A stretch of 63,863 nucleotides of DNA, filler included, from Octopus bimaculoides (taxonomy: Eukaryota), in NCBI RefSeq assembly GCF_001194135.2. It is 6 parts of 6 records of this genome, joined end to end, with 100 filler letters (N's around TTAATTAATTAA, not from the genome) between each part and the next. Parts side by side here need not be neighbours in the genome. Positions count along the whole stretch, not along the records: positions 6,761 to 13,290 come from NC_068985.1; positions 13,391 to 40,826 come from NC_068993.1; 4 more parts are not named here. The stretch is one strand, 5' to 3'. Each line of letters begins with the position of its first letter. The stretch's first letter is position 1. This document shows, piece by piece, positions 12,180 to 25,384 of the stretch. The notes under the pieces were generated by a model, which saw only the letters and a program-made list of their open reading frames with translations, was not told the origin of the DNA and ran no database searches. A program made the translations under genes and the position numbers.

Positions 12180-13144
12180 GACATATATGTGTGTGTGTAT
12201 CTTCTTTCATACATATATATATACATACATACATATATATATACATAACATACATATGTATATATTTATATACATCTGCAGATACAAGCGATGACATGTG
12301 CATACGTATATGCATAAATACAGACAAAACATTCAGATAGAAAGACAATATACGTGCGTGCGTGTGCATGTGTGTGCGTGTGCATGTGTGTGCGTGTGTG
12401 TGTGTGTGTGGTGGGGGCATTTCTGTGAATATCTTGGCGCATAAAGACTGGTAAATGTATACATCTGAACGAGAACTAAAAGGGTATTCAAAAACACACA
12501 AACATGGTGACAGGCTTGCAATGAAAATTGTCACAAACATGAACACGTCCAATGTGTCAAGCAAATAGTTTTTGACATTGGGAATTGATAAAAATTCATG
12601 ATAACTATACAGAAAAAAAAAATAGAAGGGTTTTCTCATATATTTCGACAAATTATTTCAAGAAACTGAAGGACGTATTGAAAGAGAGGAAAAAAAAATT
12701 TCGTTTCAGACACAAAGAATAAGAAGCGAAAATGAAATCTAAAAAATTATAAATCACAAAAATTAAAAAAAGAATATTAGTCCATGTAAGAAAACAATAT
12801 TAAAATGAAAAATAATAATCAAATAAGTCTCTGTCCCACATCAAAACAAAATAAAATAAAACAAAAGGAAACCAGAGGAAGTTGAATTTTGGTGTGTGTA
12901 CAGGGATTGTTAACGTTTCACACGTCATTGGTGTATGTGAGAGGTGAGAAAGACAGTCCGCCATTGTCACCTGGTTCATTGAACGAAGTGTATTTTGTAG
13001 ATGAACTAAATCCTCGATATCGTGCTTGAAATATACTTCAACCATAGCTTCGGTTTGGAACCAACAGACTCTTGTTAATTTGGCTTGGTAAATTTTTCTG
13101 GTAAATTCACACAGAGGAGGAAGGCACTAAGAAACTAGAGATAA

Positions 13145-13182
<38 letters not shown>

Positions 13183-13475
13183 GTTCATATATATATTTAT
13201 ATTTCATATATATTTATTTATATATGTATGTGTAAGTATATCTGTATATGTATAATTATATAAATGTGTCTGTATATATATATATATATANNNNNNNNNN
13301 NNNNNNNNNNNNNNNNNNNNNNNNNNNNNNNNNNTTAATTAATTAANNNNNNNNNNNNNNNNNNNNNNNNNNNNNNNNNNNNNNNNNNNNAGATGCCAAG
13401 TGGTTGGGAAGCAAAGTCTTTACCACATAGCCACGCTTCCACCTAAATGTACACACACAGACACACACACACATG

Positions 13476-13705
13476 GGCGGCGAGCTGGCAGAAACGTTAG
13501 CACGCCGGGCGAAATATTTAGCGGTATTTCGTCTGCCGCTACGTTCTGAGTTCAAATTCCGTCGAGGTCGACTTTGCCTTTCATCCTTTTGGGGTCGATT
13601 AAATAAGTACCAGTTACGCACTGGAGTCGATATAATCGACTTAATCCCTTTGTCTGTCCTTGTTTGTCCCCTCTGTGTGTAGCCCCTTGTGGGTAGTAAA
13701 GAAAT
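13476..13705 (+). mobile_element. tRNA-headed SINE family A, full length
   Basis: A-box-like GGCGAGCTGGCAGAA, B-box-like GAGTTCAAATTCC and a central GTCGACTTTGCCTTTCATCCTT.GGGGTCGAT.AA.TAAGTACCAG domain. More than 10 related copies occur in the window. Confidence 0.88.
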
Positions 13706-13994
13706 GACATACACATACACACACATTGTTGCATTAAGTAACGGTCATTCTTTTTGCCAAATAAACACACACACTATATATTCGCTCTTCACTCTTCACA
13801 GTTTATTACTTTTCTTATTCTAACTGATGTCTATTGTTTGGAAATCTTTCGTCACACATCTGTGACCTCTCCAGCAATACTTTCCTTCTTCGTGTGTNNN
13901 NNNNNNNATATATATATATACTAACTAAATAGTGAATATTAAAATTCGTTATTTTCCCATCTTCCTGCGAGCTCATTTCACATATGAATTTTGC

Positions 13995-14505
13995 ATTAAC
14001 TGTTAGGAAGTGTTATCATGTACATGGTTTTGTCTTGGTATAAAAGATGGGCTACAGCAAATATTATGCTCAATACCATAGATTTACGTCTCAGTTGTTT
14101 GACCATAACCAGTTGATCATGGCCCTTGGTGGCTGACGATATATGCATCTCTGATCCCGAGCAGAAGTAGTGGGGGAACATTTTAGCCATGTGCTAAGAG
14201 GAATTCTTTGGGGTTTGAATAATTAAACTCTGGAAACAATGCTGCTTCGTTCAACACCGGTAAACAACCCATATTTAGGGACCCTTTTAGCGGGATGGGT
14301 TACTCGGTCAGAAGAAAATTCTTACAGGGCCCCACATGCAAAGTCATGCGCTGTTTATCTTGATATGCGATCACCATGTTGCACACATATGGTTGTGATG
14401 CATGTGCCTGCTGTACACTTATCAGATGGGTGGTCATGATGGATGTACTGGGCTTCGTATATTTTACCTAAGGGTCACTTTGAGGGAATGCTCTGCTCAA
14501 TAATA
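13995..14505 (+). repeat. ~510-bp non-coding dispersed repeat (family D) ending in CTCAATAATAA
   Basis: Highly similar to the reverse complement of 60311-60835. Confidence 0.85.
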
Positions 14506-14627
14506 ACGGAAATCATGTTCAACCACCGATGTGATTTTGAAATTGCATAGTAATCTTCCCAAGTTTGCAAAGATGAATTATAATAACTATACCGCTTCAA
14601 TGTATACTGCGCATAGAGGATCATTTT

Positions 14628-14685
<58 letters not shown>

Positions 14686-14884
14686 NNNNNNNNNNNNNNN
14701 NNNNNNNNNNNNNNNNNNNNNNNNNNNNNNNNNNNNNNNNNNNNNNNNNNNNNNNNNNNNNNNNNNNNNNNNNNNNNNNNNNNNNNNNNNNNNNNNNNNN
14801 NNNNNNNNNNNNNNNNNNNNNNNNNNNNNNNNNNNNNNNNNNNNNNNNNNNNNNNNNNNNNNNNNNNNNNNNNNNNNNNNNNNN

Positions 14885-14943
<59 letters not shown>

Positions 14944-15470
14944 TGAGAGTATAGAGAAAGAGAGGAGAGATGCAGAGAGAAAGAGATGAAAAATTGGAAG
15001 AGAAGGGGAACGTGTATGTGTGTGTATGGCGAGGTTTGTAATAGAAAAGAGAGATGAATAACAAAGTTGTGTGTGTATGTACGCGAATGTGTGTCCATGA
15101 AAGAAATTGAGAGAGAATGAGAGAGAGAATGAAAGAAAGAGAGAGAGAATGAAAGAAAGAAAGAGAGAATGAGAGAAAGAGAGAGAGAGTGAATGAGAGA
15201 GAAAAGAGAGAGACGATTAACAAAAGAATGTGGGATATACAGAGAAGTGGACAGCTTACCACTCCATTATAACTATCAGTGTTTCAGCATATCTTTTATT
15301 AAAACGCCTGTTTTTTAACCAAAGGAGCAGCGCGGAGCTGATTTTTTTTTGTCCACGTATTATTTCAGGATGATTATGGATTTGGGTGCTAATTTAGGAA
15401 AACATTCGTTGAGACAGAATGTCATATACTTCCCATACACATATCCACCTCTTTCCCTCTTCATGTATAT

Positions 15471-15505
<35 letters not shown>

Positions 15506-16092
15506 NNNNNNNNNNNNNNNNNNNNNNNNNNNNNNNNNNNNNNNNNNNNNNNNNNNNNNNNNNNNNNNNNNNNNNNNNNNNNNNNNNNNNNNNNNNNNNN
15601 NNNNNNNNNNNNNNNNNNNNNNNNNNNNNNNNNNNNNNNNNNNNNNNNNNNNNNNNNNNNNNNNNNNNNNNNNNNNNNNNNNNNNNNNNNNNNNNNNNNN
15701 NNNNNNNNNNNNNNNNNNNNNNNNNNNNNNNNNNNNNNNNNNNNNNNNNNNTATATATATGTATATATGTAAATATATATATCTATGTATGTATCTATAT
15801 GTTTATTTATATATATATATGCATATATCTATATGTTTATATATATATATGCATATATCTATATGTTTATATATATATGTATGTATATATATATATATTT
15901 ATATATATTTATATATCTGGAGCATGTGTGTATACTATACACTCATATGCATATGTATTCCTCTATACATGCATACACACTGATTGTGCTATAACAATAT
16001 ATAAAAATATATACACATGCATATATTCACAAATACATAAAAGCAAACTGAGTATGGCAGGAATCGGAATCTATGAGAAAGGTTATCGTTGA

Positions 16093-16130
<38 letters not shown>

Positions 16131-16246
16131 TATATATATATATATATGTACAATTTTCACAATCTCCATTAAATATCAGACTATATCGATTCAGTAGCTT
16201 CTTGTAATGTGGAATTAATCTTATATTATATTATCTTTCGCTCTCG

Positions 16247-16290
<44 letters not shown>

Positions 16291-16300
16291 NNNNNNNNNN

Positions 16301-16335
<35 letters not shown>

Positions 16336-16678
16336 ACACACGCACGCACGGCAATGTACGCACGTATGCATGAATATACACAGCTATTATCAACCGTTCA
16401 CAAACCCGCACACCCACATCCCTTCAGATACAAACGAACAAATACAGGCCCTCGAGTACGTGTAGACGCATATATACTTAAACATGAATACGTATACTTA
16501 TATATATGTGTGAGCGTGTGTGTACGTGTACATTTGTGAGTGTGTGTGCGCATGTGTGCATTGCGTATGTGTATATATATATAGATATAATACATAACAC
16601 GCACACATATATAAATACATATATTCATGCATTATATGCAATCTCATATGCGTGTATGTATGTTTGTATGTATATATT

Positions 16679-16719
<41 letters not shown>

Positions 16720-17339
16720 ATATATATATATATATATATANNNNNNNNNNNNNNNNNNNNNNNNNNNNNNNNNNNNNNNNNNNNNNNNNNNNNNNNNNNN
16801 NNNNNNNNNNNNNNNNNNNNNNNNNNNNNNNNNNNNNNNNNNNNNNNNNNNNNNNNNNNNNNNNNNNNNNNNNNNNNNNNNNNNNNNNNNNNNNNNNNNN
16901 NNNNNNNNNNNNNNNNNNNNNNNNNNNNNNNNNNNNNNNNNNNNNNNNNNNNNNNNNNNNNNNNNNNNNNNNNNNNNNNNNNNNNNNNNNNNNNNNNNNN
17001 NNNNNNNNNNNNNNNNNNNNNNNNNNNNNNNNNNNNNNNNNNNNNNNNNNNNNNNNNNNNNNNNNNNNNNNNNNNNNNNNNNNNNNNNNNNNNNNNNNNN
17101 NNNNNNNNNNNNNNNNNNNNNNNNNNNNNNNNNNNNNNNNNNNNNNNNNNNNNNNNNNNNNNNNNNNNNNNNNNNNNNNNNNNNNNNNNNNNNNNNNNNN
17201 NNNNNNNNNNNNNNNNNNNNNNNNNNNNNNNNNNNNNNNNNNNNNNNNNNNNNNNNNNNNNNNNNNNATATATTTCTTTGTCGTTTCAGCTCGAAGCTGT
17301 GACTATGCTGGACCACCGCCATTTTGTTACACTGTTATT

Positions 17340-17705
17340 ACTGAGAGCTTCCTCTAATAGGTAGCACATGGTGAAGAATGGCGTTTGATGTAGCTACCCC
17401 CATTTGCACTTCTTGCCGTGAGGTAGGTTCATCTGAGACTCTCGACAGGAAGATGCCTAGCTTTGATTTAAAAACGCTTACATCTACTTTGTGCAGTTTC
17501 CTCAGGCTCTTTGGGAGAATATTAAAAAGTTGTGGGCCCCTGAAACCCAGGCTGTTGCAGTAGCTGGTCCTGAAGCGCGATGGTATTGCAGGGATTTTTG
17601 GCACTATGAAGTGTCGACCAGTTCTGGCATTGGTGTAGCTTTCAATGCCAAAACTTGGCACAATTCCTTCCAGGATCTTCCAGATATATATTACTACATA
17701 CCTGT
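17340..17705 (-). mobile_element. CR1-like LINE ORF2 C-terminal fragment
   Basis: RYVVIYIWKILEGIVPSFGIES...NSLGFRGPQLFNILPKSLR...VFKSKLGIFLSRVSDEPT, a typical CR1/L2-group ORF2 tail. Paralogous to 20705-21330. Confidence 0.82.
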
Positions 17706-18197
17706 TCGTGAAATTAAATAGACTAATATGGTTTCAAATACACATACACGCAGAGTCCACACACAAAACTATTATTACTATTTTACTTTCCATCATGAAT
17801 TTATTATTCCTTTGTCCTTAATTTGTACCTGGCTATGAATTCCAAATACTTATAGATGGGCTATTACACCTACTTTAATTCTTAGATCTTACATTTTTAC
17901 ACACCTATTATCATAATCACTTCCTGAATGATTGCCAATTCTATTCTTGTATTCTGATGTTCTAAGTACTTTATTGATAAATGATCGTTAATTGTTAGTG
18001 ACCTCCTTCCCACGATCTTCACCTTATTAGTTTACTACTTGATTATCCAGTACTGCTGTTGTGCGCTTGATACTACTGCTATAAATGTACTCAGTAAGTC
18101 TAATGCATATGATGAATACCCTGATTGCTCTAGAATACATCATATATGTTATCATATTTGGCTAACCATTTCAACACGAGTCTAATCCTAAATACTA

Positions 18198-19521
18198 TTC
18201 GGTTGGCAACTAAGTTCCCGTAGTTTTTTTAAATTTTGGAATTTATTGCGTTTTTAAATTTTGGTATCTATTTTTTTTCAAGAATTCTATTTTTTTTTCA
18301 AGAATTTTATTTTTTTTTCAAGAATTCTATTTTTGAATCATTCTGGAATCTATTTTTTTTCTAGTTAATTTTAATAAATTTTTGTTTTATTTTCAGATCA
18401 TTAAAATGGAATGTCAAGTTAAGAGAGACGTGGATTTTCGACACGTTCTTCTTTTACATTTAATCAAGGTTCTAAGGCTGCAAAAGCTGCTCGCGACATT
18501 TGTGCTGTGTATGGAGAGGGTACCATAGCTGAAAGAACCGCTCGTGATTGGTATGCCAAGTTCAAAAATAGAAATTTTGACCTCAAAGGCGCACCTCGCT
18601 CTGGCCGTCCAGTTGAGTTCGATGAAGAACGATTAAACCAACTTTTCCACGAAAATTCTCACCAAACGACAAGGGAACTGGCAGAGAAAATGGAATGCTC
18701 ACACCCTGCTATAGAGAAGCATCTTCACTCGATGCGAAAGGTTCAGAAGTATGGAGCATGGGTTCCGCATGTTTTAAGTGACAACAACAAAAATCAACGA
18801 GCCACAATCTCCACTGCTTTGCTTGCTCGTCACCGCTCAACTCATGGACACAAGCAACGATTTCTTTACCGAATCGTTACTGGCGACGAAAAATGGTGCC
18901 TGTACATCAATATGAAGCATCGTAAGGAATGGCTTAGCCCAGGTAAACAAGCGACACCGCGCGTGAAACAAGATCTTCATCCGTGTAAAACGATGTTGTG
19001 CGTATGGTGGGACTGGGTAGGGATTATCCATTACGAAGTGCTTGAACGGAGCCAAACGGTCACCGCGGAACTCTATGTTCAGATGGAACGACTCAACACG
19101 GCTATTCAAGAGAAAAGACCTAATCGTCAGGATGGAGTTGTGCTGCACGACAATACCCGCCCTCATATCGCCAATATGACCAAGGAAACCATTGAAACGC
19201 ATGGCTGGGAAGTGCTGTCACACCTGCTGTACTCTCCTGATTTGGCACCAACGGATTTCCACCTCTTTCGATCTCTTTCAAATGCTATGCGCGGAGTTTC
19301 GTTCAATTCTGATGCAAAATTGAGAGCTTGGTTGGATCAATTGTTCGAGTTGAAATCGGGTGATTTTTACCAAAGAGGTATTGAAAATCTTGTTGAACGT
19401 TGGGAAGAAGTTGTAGACAACAAGGGTGACTACATTTTTGATTAATTAGTTGTTATTTTTTATTAAACCTTAAAAAAAATCTAAATTATAATAAACGGCG
19501 GGAACTTAGTTCCCAACCTAA
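18198..19521 (+). mobile_element. Near-full-length mariner (DD34D) element with TIRs
   Basis: 5' TA|TTCGGTTGGCAACTAAGTTCCCG and 3' CGGGAACTTAGTTCCCAACCTAA|CA are inverted repeats. Length is about 1.32 kb. Confidence 0.93.
18406..19445 (+). pseudogene. Mariner transposase with a 1-nt frameshift near 18453
   Basis: ATG 18406 gives MECQVKRDVDFRHVLL, then shifts to FNQGSKAAKAARDICAVYG (ORF 18507-19445). Motifs GRP, WVPHVL, IVTGDEKW, HDNTRPH and YSPDLAPTDF are present, with 34 residues between D2 and D3. Confidence 0.93.
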
Positions 19522-20704
19522 CAGTACTTATAACTTGATCAAATTATGCTTTGATTACTTGCTGTATATTATTCAATTCTTTGATACCATTATAGATCAC
19601 CTTGCTCTAATTCTGTTTATTCCTGTTTTATAAGCTCCTTACATGGATTATATGTAGGTTGGTTATAGCTTACAATTGAAATTATATAACTAATAAATTG
19701 ACTGGATGGGCCAATTGTATATGCGTGTGGCAATGTGAGCTGGTGGTTAATATAATGATACTGTACTAGGCGGTTTGTATCAACTTTGACTACGCATGTA
19801 GAAATTCTGTATGAATGCGTATATATATGTCTGAGCATATATCTATAGTAGTGTTAACCTATGGATAGGTGGAATTGTGTGTATGTGCGTATATTGCTTA
19901 TGGTACGCATGTTTATGGTGGTAGGTAAGTGTCTGAGGGTGGATGCATCTGGATGTGTGTGTATTTGCGTGTATGTATGTATGTATGTATGTATGTATGT
20001 ATGTATGTATGTATGTATGTATGTTTGCGTATGACTACGTATGTGACTGCAACTTGAATGTTGAAACCACTCAAGCGTGACGTTTTCGTATTTAGTTGTC
20101 TCCATTTGTCTCAGTGGATTTGTTTCTGTTGTCTGCTAACTTGTAGTATAGTGTCTCACGAAATTGTTTGATCTTTCGCGTACAAAATCTTTCCTTCCCC
20201 TTTCTGCATCCCTTTCCCCATCAGCTCTGTGTGGGTGTATTTCTACGTTAAATTTGATAAACAACTGACTGATTAATTACTGTTTATTTTATCTTTATTT
20301 TATTCCGTTTTTGGATAATTTGTACCTGTAATGGGCTTTTCTGAAATCTAAAAAAGGTACACTGAAATGAGAACATTTCTTTTTTCCTTTTTCTGACATG
20401 TTAATGGTATAAATTGAGTCGACCCAGCTTCGTTCAACAGAGTTAAATTCTTAATGGCCATAAAAATGTTCTGAGAATAATCCAGCATATTATTACCGTA
20501 TAGCTATATGTGCAAATCAATATGTATACTTGTTTGAAGATCGCTTTGGTGTCGTTATGTAACGGATTACAGAACAGTTGTAGACATATGGAATAATTAT
20601 TTTTTACCGCTGACTTGTCCAGAATTTAATTAATGCACCCCCACCCACAATTCTCTTATGTTTTATTTTCTATCTTTTACTGGTTTCAGTCTGGGATTCT
20701 CTCT

Positions 20705-21330
20705 TTTATTGTTTCCGGTGAAGGAGCGAGTTAGACAGAACTACTTTCCTTTGTGCCTCTTGGCGCGACGTGCGTTGATCTGATATCTCAGATAAAAATT
20801 TGTCCAATCGTTTTCTGAAGACCTTCACACCCACAACTGAGGTTATTTGCCAGTGTTGAATAGTTGTGGGCCTTTGAAATTCAAACTGTTACAATACAGG
20901 GTCCTTATTCTAGAGGGAGAAGACGGCATCAATGGTACAATGCATTGCCGTCCAATTCGGTGGTTGGTATAGCTTTCAATTCCAAATTCATAAGCTAGAC
21001 TTTCCAGGATGTTCCATATCTATATCACTGCACCTCTTTCGCGTTTTATCGATAAGGATTAGAGTCTCATGTCCTTTAGTCTCTCCTAGTAGCTCATCCT
21101 TTGCTCTAGGACACCCTTCTTTGTGTGGTGGCACTGGATTGCCTTGAGTTCCGCTGCCTGTTTGGCACTCTGCAGTTATCAGAGTTGTGAGCAGTAATCC
21201 AGACGACTAAAATGAAAGTTTTCCATAGGAGCAGCATGATATTCTTTTTCCCTTAAACACCAAAGCCGAGCTGGTAGCCAAGATCAAGGAGGTGTTTTAA
21301 GATCTTCCCAGGGACATATACATGTTGAGT
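20705..21330 (-). mobile_element. CR1-like LINE ORF2 C-terminal fragment, degenerate
   Basis: The reverse strand reads IWNILESLAYEFGIESYTNHRIGRQCIVPLMPSSPSRIRTLYCNSLNFKGPQLFN...VFRKRLDKFLSEISDQ. Confidence 0.8.
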
Positions 21331-22440
21331 TTTTAAAAATACGTTTATTTTTGGTTGAGATAGTGTGTTTATCTCACTTTCATGGAAACTGTCAGATTTA
21401 GATCGAACACCATTTACATTGAAACTCATGCATATGTGATATACAAGTGTGGACTTAATAGGAAGTTATGGGGTGGTACCTAACCAAACTACATGTAGAA
21501 AGAATTTCCAAGTAAATTTCGTGCAAATATCTTCCTCACACAGTCAAACCAGAATGTATTTGTAATGTAGATTATAATTTTAACATAGTCGAGACAACAT
21601 CACGCATTTCACTATTTTTTCTCATGAAATGCTTTAACCATGATGCGATTCATGAGTTTTTTAAAGAAGCATTAGCACGAAAATGTATAAGAATACGTTT
21701 GTATGTATGTCGTTGTATGGATCTATGTATATATATATATATATATATATNNNNNNNNNNNNNNNNNNNNNNNNNNNNNNNNNNNNNNNNNNNNNNNNNN
21801 NNNNNNNNNNNNNNNNNNNNNNNNNNNNNNNNNNNNNNNNNNNNNNNNNNNNNNNNNNNNNNNNNNNNNNNNNNNNNNNNNNNNNNNNNNNNNNNNNNNN
21901 NNNNNNNNNNNNNNNNNNNNNNNNNNNNNNNNNNNNNNNNNNNNNNNNNNNNNNNNNNNNNNNNNNNNNNNNNNNNNNNNNNNNNNNNNNNNNNNNNNNN
22001 NNNNNNNNNNNNNNNNNNNNNNNNNNNNNNNNNNNNNNNNNNNNNNNNNNNNNNNNNNNNNNNNNNNNNNNNNNNNNNNNNNNNNNNNNNNNNNNNNNNN
22101 NNNNNNNNNNNNNNNNNNNNNNNNNNNNNNNNNNNNNNNNNNNNNNNNNNNNNNNNNNNNNNNNNNNNNNNNNNNNNNNNNNNNNNNNNNNNNNNNNNNN
22201 NNNNNNNNNNNNNNNNNNNNNNNNNNNNNNNNNNNNNNNNNNNNNNNNNNNNNNNNNNNNNNNNNNNNNNNNNNNNNNNNNNNNNNNNNNNNNNNNNNNN
22301 NNNNNNNNNNNNNNNNNNNNNNNNNNNNNNNNNNNTATATAAATATATATATAATTTATTAATGAGGGTAGAAATTGATATTAATCAATTAAAACCAGTG
22401 GTCTAGCATATTAAAAAAATCCGAAGATTAAAATTATATA

Positions 22441-22502
22441 GACTCCTATATGCTAGAAATAGATGCCGAATCATCGGCATCTATTTCTAGCATATAGGAG
22501 TC
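22441..22502. repeat. Perfect 29-bp inverted repeat with a 4-nt loop
   Basis: GACTCCTATATGCTAGAAATAGATGCCGA-ATCA-TCGGCATCTATTTCTAGCATATAGGAGTC. Confidence 0.97.
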
Positions 22503-23399
22503 CACTTTTGCTGGTCATTCCTCTTATTTTTGTATGTAATATATATATATATAAAAGTTCAAATAAAGGTTAGAAATCTCAATGAGGGATAATAAAATCC
22601 AATGTAAATACTGGTCAGTTACCTATTTAAAATGTGCTGAATATTACAATTAATATTGACCTGTAAGGTAACTAGATAAACCGTCGTTTATACCCTAGAA
22701 GCATATATTGTTCTATTCTTACTTTTATTAGAAGTCCAATAAATAAACTACCTTCCTCCCCTTTGTAAGGTTTATACCATGTTCTTTATATATAAATTTT
22801 ACCAGTTAACGTTTTGGGGACCGAATACTTAACAACAAGCAGGAATAGGAACACCTAATCGTATATCCTTAGCCATCTCTGATGAGATTTGACTTATAAG
22901 TGGTTCTAATTATGGTAATTAATTTCTAAAGGTCTGGAGTCGAAGCAGCTATTAGAGATGATATCTAATTTTTTAATTAATAAATAATTATTAATTCTCT
23001 CTCTATTTTCTCATAATCTTCTATATATGGGGGTTTAGTCCACAGGTGATCTAAACGATTAGGTACGTCAAGTAAGTGCTGCAACGAATTACTGGGCTCC
23101 AAGATTATAGTCGAGACGGTAGTTATGGAGCCATTGCAGATTTCCAATGCAATGTGTATATATATATATGTATATATATAAATTTATATATATATATGTA
23201 AATATATACACATATATATTTATAAGATGCTTCGAGGATGTATAGTAACTTTAACAGTTATACTCTGTAATTTGTAATTTCGTTTTAGACTTAACCCATT
23301 AGAAATCATGAAGGCGACCAAAGGAAATTTGTCTTAAAGTGCTAATGGGTGTTTGAAATTCAGTCACTCCACAAGGACAGTTTAGGAGGGAGTTTCGAA

Positions 23400-24345
23400 T
23401 ACATACCCGTATGCGACTTAACATCATTCGAATTAGAGATAACTTGGAAGTAGATGGAATTGTTCAGAATGACCAGAGAAAACGTTCAAGAAGACTGCAG
23501 ATATCGACGAGTACCACGAAACAAGAAAAGCTACGAGAAGCTTATTACCAGAATTCAAGAAAATCTGTGCAGCAAGTGGTTTGTGATATAGGTATTTTGA
23601 AATCATGTGTCCATTGTATTTTGAAGCGCTGTTATTGAAAAAATTGCATTCTAAGAATAGTCCTTGCTCTCAATGATAATGATCTTGACCGAAGAGTGGT
23701 GTTTTGCGATTGGTACCTAGCAAGATGAGTAGAAGATGCATACTTTCTAACACAGACCGTTTGGAGTGACGTGGCTACATTTAAACGAAATGGTTCAGTT
23801 TACTGTCACAGCTGTATCTACTGGGACCTCAGAATCTGCATATTATGGAAGTACATCATGTTAATCCCCAGGGGTTACAGTATGGTGAGACTTAACATTA
23901 AATGGATTAAATGGACCATTCCTTCTAGACGGTGCTGTAACTGGTCCCATTTACTCGAGCTTGCTGCACTGAGACAATCCGTCATGCCAAGCCTTCAAAA
24001 GTACTTTCAAGCTTTATTTCCAGCAAGATAAGGCACTGCCACATTATTATGGCAACGTAAGAGTCTCTCTTGAAGAGATTTTGTCTTATAGATCGATTGA
24101 CGAGAAGCTTCAGTAGCATTCCGCCAGCAGGCACCAGACCTAACACGACTATACTTTTTATGGGGATACTTAAAGATAAATGTTACGGTAGAAAACTGGC
24201 CAACAGCTGACGAATTGAGGGTAGGCATTAAACGATAATCCGCACAAATACCGAACGACATTGCTTCTACATGTTTGCGATTTCGTTGTTGCGTTATCAG
24301 CAGTTCCTAGACTAGAACGGTCATCAGTTTGAAAACATACGTTTA
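23400..24345 (+). pseudogene. DD41D (rosa-like) Tc1/mariner transposase relic
   Basis: [20 protein letters not shown] and QQD.ALPHY...PDLT.L(Y)FLWGYLKDK, ending NGHQFENIR*. About 41 residues separate D2 and D3 once a 1-nt deletion is restored; multiple stops. Confidence 0.82.
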
Positions 24346-24477
24346 GAAAAAGATTAATTCTGTCTGTGGATTGTATAAAATTTTTAAAATATGTATTTCA
24401 ATAGACACTTCCATTTTAATCATTCAATCTCTGTGTGTATTACTGTTTACTGTGTGTGTGTGTGTGTGTATATATAT

Positions 24478-24590
<113 letters not shown>

Positions 24591-25299
24591 CACACATTCA
24601 TATATATACAAAGATATTTACATATCTGTACACATTCTTACTTAGCCATTCGATAAATCATTTTCGACAGATTAAGTAACGACTGTAGTGACGCAACATA
24701 GAAACAAAAAAACTAAAAGCTGTTGTCTCTAAAAGTGCTGCTCCAGAATAGCTAGAACCTGATGACTAAAACCATCAAAAGAATATACATATTTACATTC
24801 CGTTAGTTTGTGTAAATCACTTCGCTTTTTTCTCTAAACTGGGTTTCTAATGCATTATATGTTTTTCCTATATAATCTATACTTTGTCCGCCATATATGT
24901 AATTAACTTGCTAAAAATAACATTTCCATAAACAAAAGAAGCCAAGACTTAAACAAATACACGCACAATTCAAAAATTGTGCTTCGCATTCAATAATATG
25001 GACTAAATAAATATATAAATAAATAAATAAATATTTAAGTGAGGCAGTGACAGCAAAAACATTAGACTTTTTTTGTATCTTCAATAGTTTCTGATACAAC
25101 AGAATGGTCAGTGAGGCAAGAATTCAACAATAGTAAATAAACAAATAAGAATACTAATACGGTACCTAATATTTTAGTGGTTTGATATAATGGAGAGGAA
25201 AAAAATAAATACATTCATGGCAGGAACGTTTGCACTTACGTATGCATACGCGCAGACGTATACATGCATACACTACGAATCTCATGCATGATATATATA

Positions 25300-25384
<85 letters not shown>

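Noticed and set aside
13476-13570. tRNA-like A/B boxes as possible tRNA genes (also other SINE heads)
   Set aside because: No complete cloverleaf, and each is attached to a multi-copy SINE body.
15370-15410. IMDLGANLG, resembling a SAM-binding motif after an AG acceptor
   Set aside because: No continuation of a methyltransferase fold and no clear donor site. It is too short to support.
22879-22885. CTGATGAGAT, similar to the start of the 59536 motif
   Set aside because: No closing helix II, GAAAC or cleavage triplet follows.
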